Assembly: GCA_043826435.1 (NCBI GenBank)
Contig: JBDRQF010000036.1
Location: forward strand, 1 to 53,178
Length of the DNA stretch: 53,178 nucleotides
Direction: 5' to 3'
Origin: Elusimicrobiota bacterium
GTDB taxonomy: Bacteria > Elusimicrobiota > Endomicrobiia > CG1-02-37-114 > JAHJSO01
The notes below the pieces were generated by a model that saw only the letters and a program-made list of their open reading frames with translations, had not been told where the DNA came from and ran no database searches. This document shows, in pieces, positions 29,126-38,000 of the stretch; the first letter of the stretch is position 1; every line of letters starts with the position of its first letter. The position numbers and the translations under genes are program-made.

Positions 29126-29691
29126 CGGACTGGGGATGTCCCGGTAATCTTCGGAGGGGTAATCTTCGTCTGCTTCTGGTATTTACCTTTCCTGTCTGCA
29201 TACGAAACCATGCATTCTTCGTCACTTTCAAAAAATATAATCTGGGCGATACCCTCGTTCGCATATACCTTTGCAGGGAAGGGAGTTGTATTTGAAATCT
29301 CTATCGTGATATAGCCCTCCCATTCAGGTTCAAGGGGAGTGATATTAACCAATATGCCGCACCTGGCATAAGTTGACTTACCGAAACACAGGGCTAATAC
29401 CTTCCTCGGTATCCTGAAATATTCAAGGGAACGGCCGAGCGCAAACGAATTCGGCGGGATGGTGCAGCAGTTGCCCTTAAATTCGGCCAGTGAGTCCGCA
29501 GCAAAATTTTTGGGGTCTATCACGACGTTGCCGGTGGATGTCCATATTCTGAATTCATCGGCCAGGCGGGCATCGTACCCGTAAGACGACAGTCCGTATG
29601 AGATTAAACCGTTTTTGACCTGTTTTCCTTCAAAGGGCTCAATCATTTTTTGCCCCGCAGCCATTTTCTTAATCCATTTGTCTGATTTCAT
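29122..29691 (-). CDS. dcd: dCTP deaminase (start moved to ATG 29691)
   Basis: [44 protein letters not shown]. Confidence 0.95.
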   Translation of the reverse strand: MKSDKWIKKMAAGQKMIEPFEGKQVKNGLISYGLSSYGYDARLADEFRIWTSTGNVVIDPKNFAADSLAEFKGNCCTIPPNSFALGRSLEYFRIPRKVLALCFGKSTYARCGILVNITPLEPEWEGYITIEISNTTPFPAKVYANEGIAQIIFFESDEECMVSYADRKGKYQKQTKITPPKITGTSPVR

Positions 29692-29742
29692 ATCATGTTG
29701 GTCGCCTTGCGATTTTTTGGTACCAATGCAGTTGACACAAAG

Positions 29743-29776
29743 TGTCATTGCGAGGAGCGTTAGCGACGAAGCAATC
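29743..29776 (+). repeat. CGTC/TGTC-type REP-like palindrome
   Basis: tgtcattgcgaggagcgttagcgacgaagcaatc, near-identical to the copies at 50955 and 51002. Confidence 0.85.
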
Positions 29777-29815
29777 GCACAAGACAAGGAGGCGTAAAAA
29801 AACAATCCTAACAAA

Positions 29816-29888
29816 AGCGGGCGAAGGGATTTGAACCCTCGACCTTCTGGTTGGCAACCAGACGTTCTAGCCCCTGAACTACACCCGC
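29816..29888 (-). tRNA. tRNA-Gly(GCC)
   Basis: GCGGGTG acceptor, TCTGG-TTGCCAA-CCAGA anticodon arm, GGTTCAAATCC, U73. Confidence 0.96.
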
Positions 29889-29900
29889 ATCAATCGAATT

Positions 29901-29929
29901 ATTCTATCATTTTTTACGGAAAAAATCAA
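29901..29929 (-). promoter_or_regulatory. Promoter for tRNA-Gly/dcd/pur cluster
   Basis: TTGATT-17 nt-TAGAAT, 12 nt upstream of the tRNA. Confidence 0.55.
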
Positions 29930-29941
29930 GGAGAATGAATA

Positions 29942-31198
29942 TTATGCCCCGAATTTTGCAAGTTTCAAGGAGTGTGCCATCGCAAGGGACATGGCGCTTG
30001 TGGCATGGAATGTTCCCAATGAACCCCTGAGACACTCCCTTTCCGTAAAACGGCTGACTTCTCCGCCCGCAGTCCATTTGCTCATCAGCATAAACGGGAC
30101 GGGGTGCCATGAATGGCCTTTTATGACCGCCGGCGTGGAGTGGTCTCCCGTTATAATCATAACATCGGGCTTAAGGGATAATAATTCAGGTATATATCTG
30201 TCAATTTCTTCAAATTTTTTGACCTTGCCGTCAAAATTACCGTCCTCGCCCATGGCGTCGGTGTCTTTTATGTGAAAATAAAAAAAGTCATGGTTAGCGT
30301 ATTCCCTTTTTAACGTTTCAATTTCCGACGACAGGGTTTCCCCCGCATTTAAAATTTTCATCCCGACTAACTGCGCCAGCCCCTTATACATCGGGTATGT
30401 TGCAATGGCGGCAGGGTTTAATTTATACGCCTGTCCCATCTGCGGTATATCGGGGTATTTTGAAAAACCGCGCATCAGTATATAATTTGCCGGTTTCTCG
30501 TTTTTTATGATTTCCTGGACTTGCGTAAGGAATGCATTGAGCAGTCCTGCGGTTTTTTTTGCATCGGCAGCGGCGTCGGGTAAACCCTCGCCGGCTGAAC
30601 TCTTACTGACTGAACCCGCCTGGATTTTATTGGGCGGATTGTTTTCTTTCTGGGGGTCGTTTTCCGTAACGTTTTCAGAAAGTCCATCGCCCCTGAACAC
30701 GACCACAAACCTGTGCCCTTTTGCCGGTCTTATAATTATCTCCACGTCCCCGGTTTTTTTTATTTTTGATGAAATTTTAGCGCACAGCTCTTTGTTTTTT
30801 TCAGTCGGCAGACGGCCTGCCCGCCTGTCAATGACTTTTCCGGTTGAATAATCCATCGTGGCGAAATTAGCCCTGGCGCAAAGGTCATTTTTGCCGAGTT
30901 CCATTCCGATGCCGAGGGCCTCAAGCACCCCCCTGCCTATCTGGTATTTCAGCGGGTCATAACCGAAAAGAGAAAGGTGGGCTGGTCCTGAACCGGGTGT
31001 TATTCCATAGGCAACAGGGATACTCAAACCGCACGCTGAACGGTTGGCCAATTTGTCTAAATTCGGAATATTTGCTGTTTCAAGTTCCGTTTTGCCCGTT
31101 GCGGGATTTGACAGGCCACCCAGTCCGTCCATAACTACCAGAAGGATTTTCTGCTCATTTTTCTGTGAGATTGATTCCATCAATGCAAGGTTGTCCAT
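29942..31198 (-). CDS. apgM: 2,3-BPG-independent phosphoglycerate mutase, ApgM type (start moved to ATG 31198)
   Basis: VMDGLGG, TPGSGPAHLSLFGYDP, DRRAGR, TDAMGEDG, TGDHSTP, HSWHPVP. Confidence 0.92.
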   Translation of the reverse strand: MDNLALMESISQKNEQKILLVVMDGLGGLSNPATGKTELETANIPNLDKLANRSACGLSIPVAYGITPGSGPAHLSLFGYDPLKYQIGRGVLEALGIGMELGKNDLCARANFATMDYSTGKVIDRRAGRLPTEKNKELCAKISSKIKKTGDVEIIIRPAKGHRFVVVFRGDGLSENVTENDPQKENNPPNKIQAGSVSKSSAGEGLPDAAADAKKTAGLLNAFLTQVQEIIKNEKPANYILMRGFSKYPDIPQMGQAYKLNPAAIATYPMYKGLAQLVGMKILNAGETLSSEIETLKREYANHDFFYFHIKDTDAMGEDGNFDGKVKKFEEIDRYIPELLSLKPDVMIITGDHSTPAVIKGHSWHPVPFMLMSKWTAGGEVSRFTERECLRGSLGTFHATSAMSLAMAHSLKLAKFGA

Positions 31199-31205
31199 TA
31201 TTGTG

Positions 31206-31343
31206 TACTTATGGGCGGAATGCAACCTTTCGGCATATTAACACAGCCCTCTGCTAAATATTGCACCGGGTGTCCGAGGGAGTTGAACAAGGGCAGCTTT
31301 GCTGCCCGTTCATATGGTTCATTATGCTTTACTTATGGGCGGA
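31206..31343 (+). mobile_element. Family-2 element copy A: 110 nt (31220-31329) between 14-bp direct repeats TACTTATGGGCGGA
   Basis: Perfect DR at 31206-31219 and 31330-31343 (covers the tRNA-Leu 3' end); interior homologous to 49031-49141 on the minus strand. Confidence 0.75.
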
Positions 31344-31417
31344 GAGGGAGTTGAACCCTCACGGTGTAAACCATACGCCCCTTAAACGTACGCGTCTGCC
31401 AGTTCCGCCATCCGCCC
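31336..31417 (-). tRNA. tRNA-Leu(AAG)
   Basis: GGGCGGA/TCCGCCC acceptor, A73, long variable arm, anticodon arm TACGT-TTAAGGG-GCGTA. Confidence 0.9.
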
Positions 31418-31444
31418 GATAATAACAGAATCCAATACAGGGCA

Positions 31445-31738
31445 TTATTCAGTTGGTTGTTGGGGCGCCGGCAGCTGAGGCATCTGGCTTGTAACGGTTT
31501 CTACCGACGTCCTGTAACTTATTAACGTTAAACCTATGGTTGTAACAAGGAAGGCTGCTGCCAGGACCAGCGTTGTTTTCTTTAAAAAGACAGACCCGGA
31601 AGGTGTGCTAAAAAGTTGCTCGCTGCCCGAACCGCCGAAAATACCGCCGATTCCGCCCGCTTTACCCGTCTGGATTAATACGACGAGTATAAGCAGAAGT
31701 GAAACAACCACATGCAACACGATAAATGTTATCTGCAT
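31445..31738 (-). CDS. secG: Preprotein translocase subunit SecG
   Basis: Two TM helices, VLIQTGK.GG.G..FGG, FLKKTT; followed by tRNA-Leu. Confidence 0.94.
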   Translation of the reverse strand: MQITFIVLHVVVSLLLILVVLIQTGKAGGIGGIFGGSGSEQLFSTPSGSVFLKKTTLVLAAAFLVTTIGLTLISYRTSVETVTSQMPQLPAPQQPTE

Positions 31739-31818
31739 ACGTCCTCTCTAACAATCATACCTCGTTATTCCCCGGCAGTATCATCCTAACACCGGGCAGG
31801 AAACAACCACATATTCCA

Positions 31819-33009
31819 TTACTTTTCAGGCAATACGGCTATCCCCGGCAGTATTTTTCCTTCCAGAAGTTCAAGGGACGCTCCTCCGCCGGTTGATATG
31901 TGCGAAAACCTGCCGTCTAATTTCGCCTTTTTGATTGCCGAAATCGTATCCCCGCCGCCTATAATTGAAACGGCTCCCGAGTCGGTCGCATTAGCCACCA
32001 ATTTTGCAATCTCTATCGTTCCCCCGGCAAACTTATCAATTTCAAAAATCCCCATCGGCCCGTTCCAGAATATGGTTTTTGATTGCATAATCACCGGTGC
32101 AATCCGCGCGACCGTCATCGGCCCGATGTCAACCCCGGTATACCCGTTCTTTATTTCAACCCCCTGCGTTTCGGACATCTCTGAATCTCCGGAAACCTTT
32201 TCAACTACCCTGTGGTCAATCGGCAGAAAAATCCTCAATTTCTTCTCTTCCGCTTTCTTCAGCACCTTGTGAGCGATGTCTATTTTGTCCTGTTCAACGA
32301 GGGAATTGCCGGTGTTGATATTCCTCACTCTGAGGAAAGTGTAAGCCATTGCCCCGCCGATAATTAAAGCGTCAATTTTACTTAAAAGGTTCTCAATGAC
32401 CATGATCTTGTCGGACACCTTCGCCCCGCCGAGTATGGCAACAAAATTCTTCTGCGGGTTTTCAAGTAGTTTTGAAAAATATTGAATCTCTTTTTCAAGC
32501 AGCAAGCCGGCACAAGACGGCAGGTATTTTGCAACCCCCACCGTTGAAGCGTGCGCCCGGTGGGCCGTCCCGAAGGCATCCTGAACAAAAACCTCGGCAA
32601 TGGAAGATAATTCCTTTGCGAAGGCCGGGTCATTCTTCTCCTCGCCTCCGTAAAACCTGACGTTTTCAAGCAGTAAAACGTCGCCGGATACCATGCCCAT
32701 CGCCTGCTTTTTGGTTTCACTCCCGGTGCAATCGGCAGCCATCAGGACATCCTTCTTTAACAGTTCGCCCAGACGTTTCGCCACGGGTTTTAAACTGTAT
32801 TTTTCCTCGGGTTTGCCCTTGGGCCTCCCCAGGTGCGACACCAGTATGACCTTTGCCCCTTCTTTCAGGAGATAATTTATGGTCGGTAGAGTTTCTTTAA
32901 TTCTGGTATCGTCCGTTATCTGCCGGTCCTCTGAAAGAGGTACGTTAAAATCAACCCTGACAAGCACCTTTTTATTTTTTACCTGAATGTCTTTAATTGT
33001 TTTTTTCAT
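31819..33009 (-). CDS. pgk: Phosphoglycerate kinase
   Basis: VRVDFNVP, SHLGRP, LLENVRF, DAFGTAHRAHAS, GGAKVSDK, STGGGASLE. Confidence 0.98.
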   Translation of the reverse strand: MKKTIKDIQVKNKKVLVRVDFNVPLSEDRQITDDTRIKETLPTINYLLKEGAKVILVSHLGRPKGKPEEKYSLKPVAKRLGELLKKDVLMAADCTGSETKKQAMGMVSGDVLLLENVRFYGGEEKNDPAFAKELSSIAEVFVQDAFGTAHRAHASTVGVAKYLPSCAGLLLEKEIQYFSKLLENPQKNFVAILGGAKVSDKIMVIENLLSKIDALIIGGAMAYTFLRVRNINTGNSLVEQDKIDIAHKVLKKAEEKKLRIFLPIDHRVVEKVSGDSEMSETQGVEIKNGYTGVDIGPMTVARIAPVIMQSKTIFWNGPMGIFEIDKFAGGTIEIAKLVANATDSGAVSIIGGGDTISAIKKAKLDGRFSHISTGGGASLELLEGKILPGIAVLPEK

Positions 33010-33040
33010 ATATCCGCTCCCGGACGTTCTATGTCCCGTT

Positions 33041-34093
33041 TTAAATTCCTTTTCTAATCATGAATTCAATCAAGTCAATCACCCTGCAGGAATATCCCCA
33101 CTCGTTGTCATACCATGAAAGGACTTTCAGGAAGTTGTCCTGAACCACCTTGGTAAACTTCGCATCCACAACCGAACTCAGCGGGCAGTGGTTGAAATCA
33201 ATTGAAACGAGGGGCTCCTCGGTATAACCGAGTATGCCTTTCATTTTCCCTTCGGATGCTCCCTTCAGGGCGGCGTTTACCTCATCGGCTGTGGCAGTAT
33301 TTTTCAATGTAGCGGTTAAATCAACCACGGATACATTTGGTATCGGGACCCTTATTGCAAACCCGTCAAGTTTTCCTTTGAGTTCCGGGATAACAATGCC
33401 TATCGCCTTCGCCGCACCCGTTGACGTAGGTATCATTGAAACTGCGGCAGCCCTCGCCCTCCTGAGATCCGAATGCGCCATATCCTGTATTTTCTGGTCA
33501 TTCGTGTATGCGTGTATGGTTGTCATCAAGCCCTTTTCTATTCCCCATTTATCATTTATTACTTTGGCAACCGGCGCCAGGCAGTTGGTCGTACAGGAAG
33601 CATTTGATACCACATTGTGGTTTTTCGGGTCGTACTTGTCTTCATTAACCCCGAGCACCAGCGTTATATCCTCTCCTTCGGCAGGTGCGGTTATTATGAC
33701 TTTCTTTGCGCCACCTTTTGTAATGTGGTTTTCAGCGCCCTTCACTTCTTTGCCTTTCTTGTTTATGCCGTCCTTTTTTACCGTGAACAGTCCCGTGGAC
33801 TCAACTACAATGTCCACACCGAGGTCTTTCCATGGCAGTTCAGACGGGTCTTTTTTCTTTAAGACCTTTATTGTCTGGCCGTCTACAAAAATTGCATCTT
33901 CCCCGTCGGCCCGGACATTGCCGGGAAAACTGCCGTGAACGGAGTCATACTTGAGCAGGTATGCGTTTGTTTTTGCATCTGTCAGGTCATTTACCGCAAC
34001 AAGCTGAATATTCTTGTTGCCCTTTTCCAGTATCGCACGCGCCACCAGGCGGCCGATCCTTCCGAAACCGTTAATGCCAATTTTTACAGTCAT
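33041..34093 (-). CDS. gap: Glyceraldehyde-3-phosphate dehydrogenase type I
   Basis: [31 protein letters not shown]. Confidence 0.98.
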   Translation of the reverse strand: MTVKIGINGFGRIGRLVARAILEKGNKNIQLVAVNDLTDAKTNAYLLKYDSVHGSFPGNVRADGEDAIFVDGQTIKVLKKKDPSELPWKDLGVDIVVESTGLFTVKKDGINKKGKEVKGAENHITKGGAKKVIITAPAEGEDITLVLGVNEDKYDPKNHNVVSNASCTTNCLAPVAKVINDKWGIEKGLMTTIHAYTNDQKIQDMAHSDLRRARAAAVSMIPTSTGAAKAIGIVIPELKGKLDGFAIRVPIPNVSVVDLTATLKNTATADEVNAALKGASEGKMKGILGYTEEPLVSIDFNHCPLSSVVDAKFTKVVQDNFLKVLSWYDNEWGYSCRVIDLIEFMIRKGI

Positions 34094-34168
34094 AATTTAA
34101 TTCCTCCGTTCAATTTTGATGTCTCAACTATCGGCAGAATAAGTGATGCCGGGAATACTCTATACATT

Positions 34169-34198
34169 ATTATATCAAAGATTAATGAGAGATGTCAA
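34169..34198 (-). promoter_or_regulatory. Sigma70 promoter of gap-pgk
   Basis: TTGACA-18 nt-TATAAT. Confidence 0.65.
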
Positions 34199-35015
34199 GT
34201 GGGGCAGGCCTCTCCGGCAGGTCTCTCGCCACAACAAGGCCGTAAACGTTGCCAGCCCCTTTATTTTTCAGCGCCATTGCACACTGGTTTATTGTTTCCC
34301 CTGTTGTTGAAACGTCATCTATAAGCAATATGTTTTTCCCTGCCGTTTGTCTGCCGCTTTTTATCTCAAACGCCCCGTCTGTATTTTTGAACCTTTCCTG
34401 TCTTGTGAGTTTCGCCTGCGGTCTTGTCCATCTTTTTCTTTCCAGCATGCCGGAATCAAGTTTTATGTTAAATCTTTTTGCGACACGGGCTGAAAGTAGT
34501 TCCGATTGGTTGTAGCCGCGTGCCAGCCATTTACGCCAGTGGAGCGGCACCGGGACAACGGCATCAACCTTTGTCATTTCCGGGTGTTTCTCAAGATAGC
34601 CGTTCAGTATGTTTCCGAGGAATTCAGACAGGTATTCCTTTCCCCTGTATTTAAAACTGCTGATGTATCCCGACAGGTTTTCATTATAGACGCAGGCGCC
34701 CCTTAAATAAGTGTAGTATATTTCCGTGCGCGGCTTCTCACAGGAATCGCATAAGTCGCCCGGACACGAATCGCCCGGACACGGAAGCCCGCATTTCAAA
34801 CATATCTTTCCGTCAACATATTTTATTTTTTCAAAACACTCCCCGCAAACAATCTTTCCCTCCCCGGCGTCTCCGTCCGCAATAAACTTTCCGCAACCAG
34901 GGCAGACGGTGGGAAACACAAAGTCCATAGCCCGGATGATTATTTTTTTGAATATTGCCGTTATACGGCGTATTAAATGGAACATTAACATGAGTCCGGT
35001 TAACCTAAAAAACAA
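34182..35015 (-). CDS. comF: ComF family protein (double zinc ribbon plus PRTase); true start uncertain
   Basis: FP..CPGC, CxxC pairs, FKY, VPVPLH, RGYNQS, LLIDDVSTTGET. Confidence 0.9.
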   Translation of the reverse strand: MFFRLTGLMLMFHLIRRITAIFKKIIIRAMDFVFPTVCPGCGKFIADGDAGEGKIVCGECFEKIKYVDGKICLKCGLPCPGDSCPGDLCDSCEKPRTEIYYTYLRGACVYNENLSGYISSFKYRGKEYLSEFLGNILNGYLEKHPEMTKVDAVVPVPLHWRKWLARGYNQSELLSARVAKRFNIKLDSGMLERKRWTRPQAKLTRQERFKNTDGAFEIKSGRQTAGKNILLIDDVSTTGETINQCAMALKNKGAGNVYGLVVARDLPERPAPLDISH

Positions 35016-38000
35016 GAGTCAACTGCCCCGAAATGTTGTACGAAGAATAGTTTTCCTTGTCAACTTTCTTGTTGATGAATCTTGTCCAGCCGCTGCCAAC
35101 GGTTACCCTGATATTTGAAGACGCTTCATAATCAACGCTCAAGCCCACGTTATGCTGCGTGGTCTTGTTCTTTGAAACATCCCCGAGGTCGGTGTCTTTA
35201 TCTATATAGGTATAGTTTCCATTGAAAATGAAATTATTGACGAGGGGGAGGGTTTTGCCTACAAGAGGTATGCGGAGCCCTCCCGGCAGGGACGTGTTGG
35301 CGTATAATTGCAAATTAGCAGTGTGCGTGCGCAGGTCCTGGGTGGGCTTTTCACGGACGGTTTTATCAATATCCGGGTCACCCGCCCATGCCTTGTCGTC
35401 CCTGAAACTGTACCCCGGCGTAATTTTTATCCGCCGGAATTCAAATCCGAACTGCAGGGAGTATTCATACGACCTGCTTAAAGAGGTGGTTTTCTCAACC
35501 GGTAAATAAATTTTGCTTCTCCCCATGGACTCCCAGTAAGACACCGACATAGAGTATTTTTTATAGATATTGAAAGATGTGTCCAGATTATTGCGCAATT
35601 CTTCCCCCTTGCCCTGCTGCGCCCAATCGTCGGATACAAACCCGTATGAATTGTCAACTTTTGAAAATGTTTTTATAGAAACCCTTGAGTCCGAGATTAC
35701 CCTCTGCACACCCAGAATCTTTTCCGTATCATAGAAGGATAATATCAAATCCGGCCATACCCGGATGTATTTCCTTATCTGTGTCCCGGTAATATAACTG
35801 TACTCGCTTGTTTCGGTATTTGTCCCGCTTACGTTCATCCTTTTCAGCGGTTCAAACCTTGACGGGAACGGAAACCCTTCCAGGACATTCCACCTGCCCG
35901 CCATACGCCAGTTGTCCCTTTTTGTAAGTTGGACAAGTTTTTCAGGGTCAAACATCTTGCGGACGTTAAGTTTATCAATCGTGTCGCTTATTAATTCGTT
36001 CGTATCTTTTATGCCGGCGGAAGGTCCGAGAGCGGAAAAGGTGCTCGGCAGATTATCGTATTTGTCATAGTCCTGGATACTGAAACTCTGCGACAGGTTT
36101 AATGTCCTGACAGGTCTGAACCGGACAATCTCACCTATTCCGAAACTTACGGAAAGGTCGCCCGAGGAAGACCTGGTGACTGTCTTAAGTTTGGAGATTT
36201 TTGCCGGGTCCAGTTCCCCGAAGTTGTATGTCTCGGTTGTATTTACTGAATAGTTTGCAGAAGGCATAAACCACCTGAAAACCCTGATAGAAGAACCCAT
36301 GCCGACTAACTGGTTCCTGGATTTTTCGTAACTGATGAGCGGTTCAATCCGTTTTTCCTCATAAGTCATCGTCTGTGAATAACTCGGGTTGAGGGTTATC
36401 CTTTTCCATATATTGAAGGGCGCCCTGGCGGCTATGGTGTCTGATTTTTCATCCCGGACAGGGTTCGTCGTTGAAAGTACCACGTCCCACGGGCAGATTA
36501 GCGTGGTTGTCCTTGAGGCGGAAGCATTTATGCTTGTAGGGTAAAGGGAGTCAATCAAATCAAATTTTAAAATCCTCGGAATGCCCCAGTCAAGGTTTGT
36601 GGACACAGTTGACTGTTCGTCGGTCCGGAATATCTTCTGCGGCCTGTTTGATATGCTTGATATTGTAACGGAGTATGACCCGCCTATCCTGGGGAGTTTC
36701 CAGAGGGATATGTTCGTGCTGGCGAAAAGATTGTGTTTTATGACGCTGTCCTGTTCAATTGCGGCTACGAGTTCACCCGATCTTTCAAGGGACGGGGTCG
36801 TCGTTTCGCTCCTCCCCCCGGAAACGGATATGGGCATAAAACTTAATCTCTTGAAATTAAAATAAGCAGATTCCTCCTTCAGTTCACGGTTGGTTATGGG
36901 CTGGTTGAATGTCTCAAAGGCAGCGCCTATTTTCTTATAAGATGCCCCCGTGTCAAACCATCCGGGCAGGGACAGGCTGGTGTAGAACCTGGCTGCTTCA
37001 CCTTTTCGTTGAAAGGAATCGGTAAGGTGTATTTCGTTAACCCAAAGGTATGATTTCGGGCTGTTTGCCGTCCCCAATTCCGTGGCGGTACTTACTATTA
37101 ATTGTATTTGCGTTATGTTTAAAAAAGACGGCGTTCCCTTACTCGTAATGTTTGCTTTTATGTCCCTGTCCCCGACAATCCACCGGTCAGGCACCGAGTC
37201 GCCGGTTTCATCCGACTGGTGGATGCTCAACAGTTTCCACCTGCCGTTCCAATCAACCTTAACACCGTATTCCAGATAGTTATTGTCGTCGGTCAAAAAC
37301 CGCAGACGGAGTGTCTCGTTATTCCCACTGCCGTAAACAAAAAATTTAAGGTATTTGTGGGTTGAAAAATCCATGCCTTTAAGGTATGAGAGCCGCGCAA
37401 CCGCTACGGGTGACGAGGTAAACGCCTCAAAATCATATTCAAGTTTCAGGGACTGTTCCCTCCTTGTCGTGTCATCCTCAATCAGCAACGGGCCGTAAAC
37501 CTTCTCATATGTTTCCCGCTCTTTGTCAATGAGCGAGTTCTTGCTGTACTCCGTGTCGTCAAAATTGCTGACCGAATAAATCTTCAGCGCCCCCGGGGTA
37601 AGGTTTTCCCACTTATTGCCTGAAAAGTTTAACTTTGCTATGGCGATACTCCCCTCCTGCCCCGGGGCATATACGGTTATACGGACCTGCTTAACATAGG
37701 TCCACTGGCTGGGGTCGGTAATCTTTATGTCCTTCTTTATATACACCCATTTATCACTGACCGCTTCAGTGGAAAGCGAAATCGTGAATCTTCCGTTTTC
37801 TCCCTCAACCACGTTGTCAAACGTTTCAAAAAACCCGTTGCCGTCAAGGTCTTCGGAATCAAGCAGCCCGTTGCCTCCGTCCACTAACCTATCCGTGCCG
37901 TCAGGGTTGGTAAATTTCCACCCGACATCCTCCCCCTCGTTTAAAACGCCGTTTCTGATAGTGTCTTCCGTATCAAATACGCCGTCCCTGTCGGCGTCTT

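Noticed and set aside
31206..31343. Prophage/ICE attL-attR scar at tRNA-Leu
   Set aside because: The same interior occurs at metK with an unrelated 14-bp DR, which fits target duplication better; no integrase remnant
31371..31390. Reading the tRNA-Leu anticodon as TAA
   Set aside because: That register breaks the anticodon stem; only the AAG register pairs
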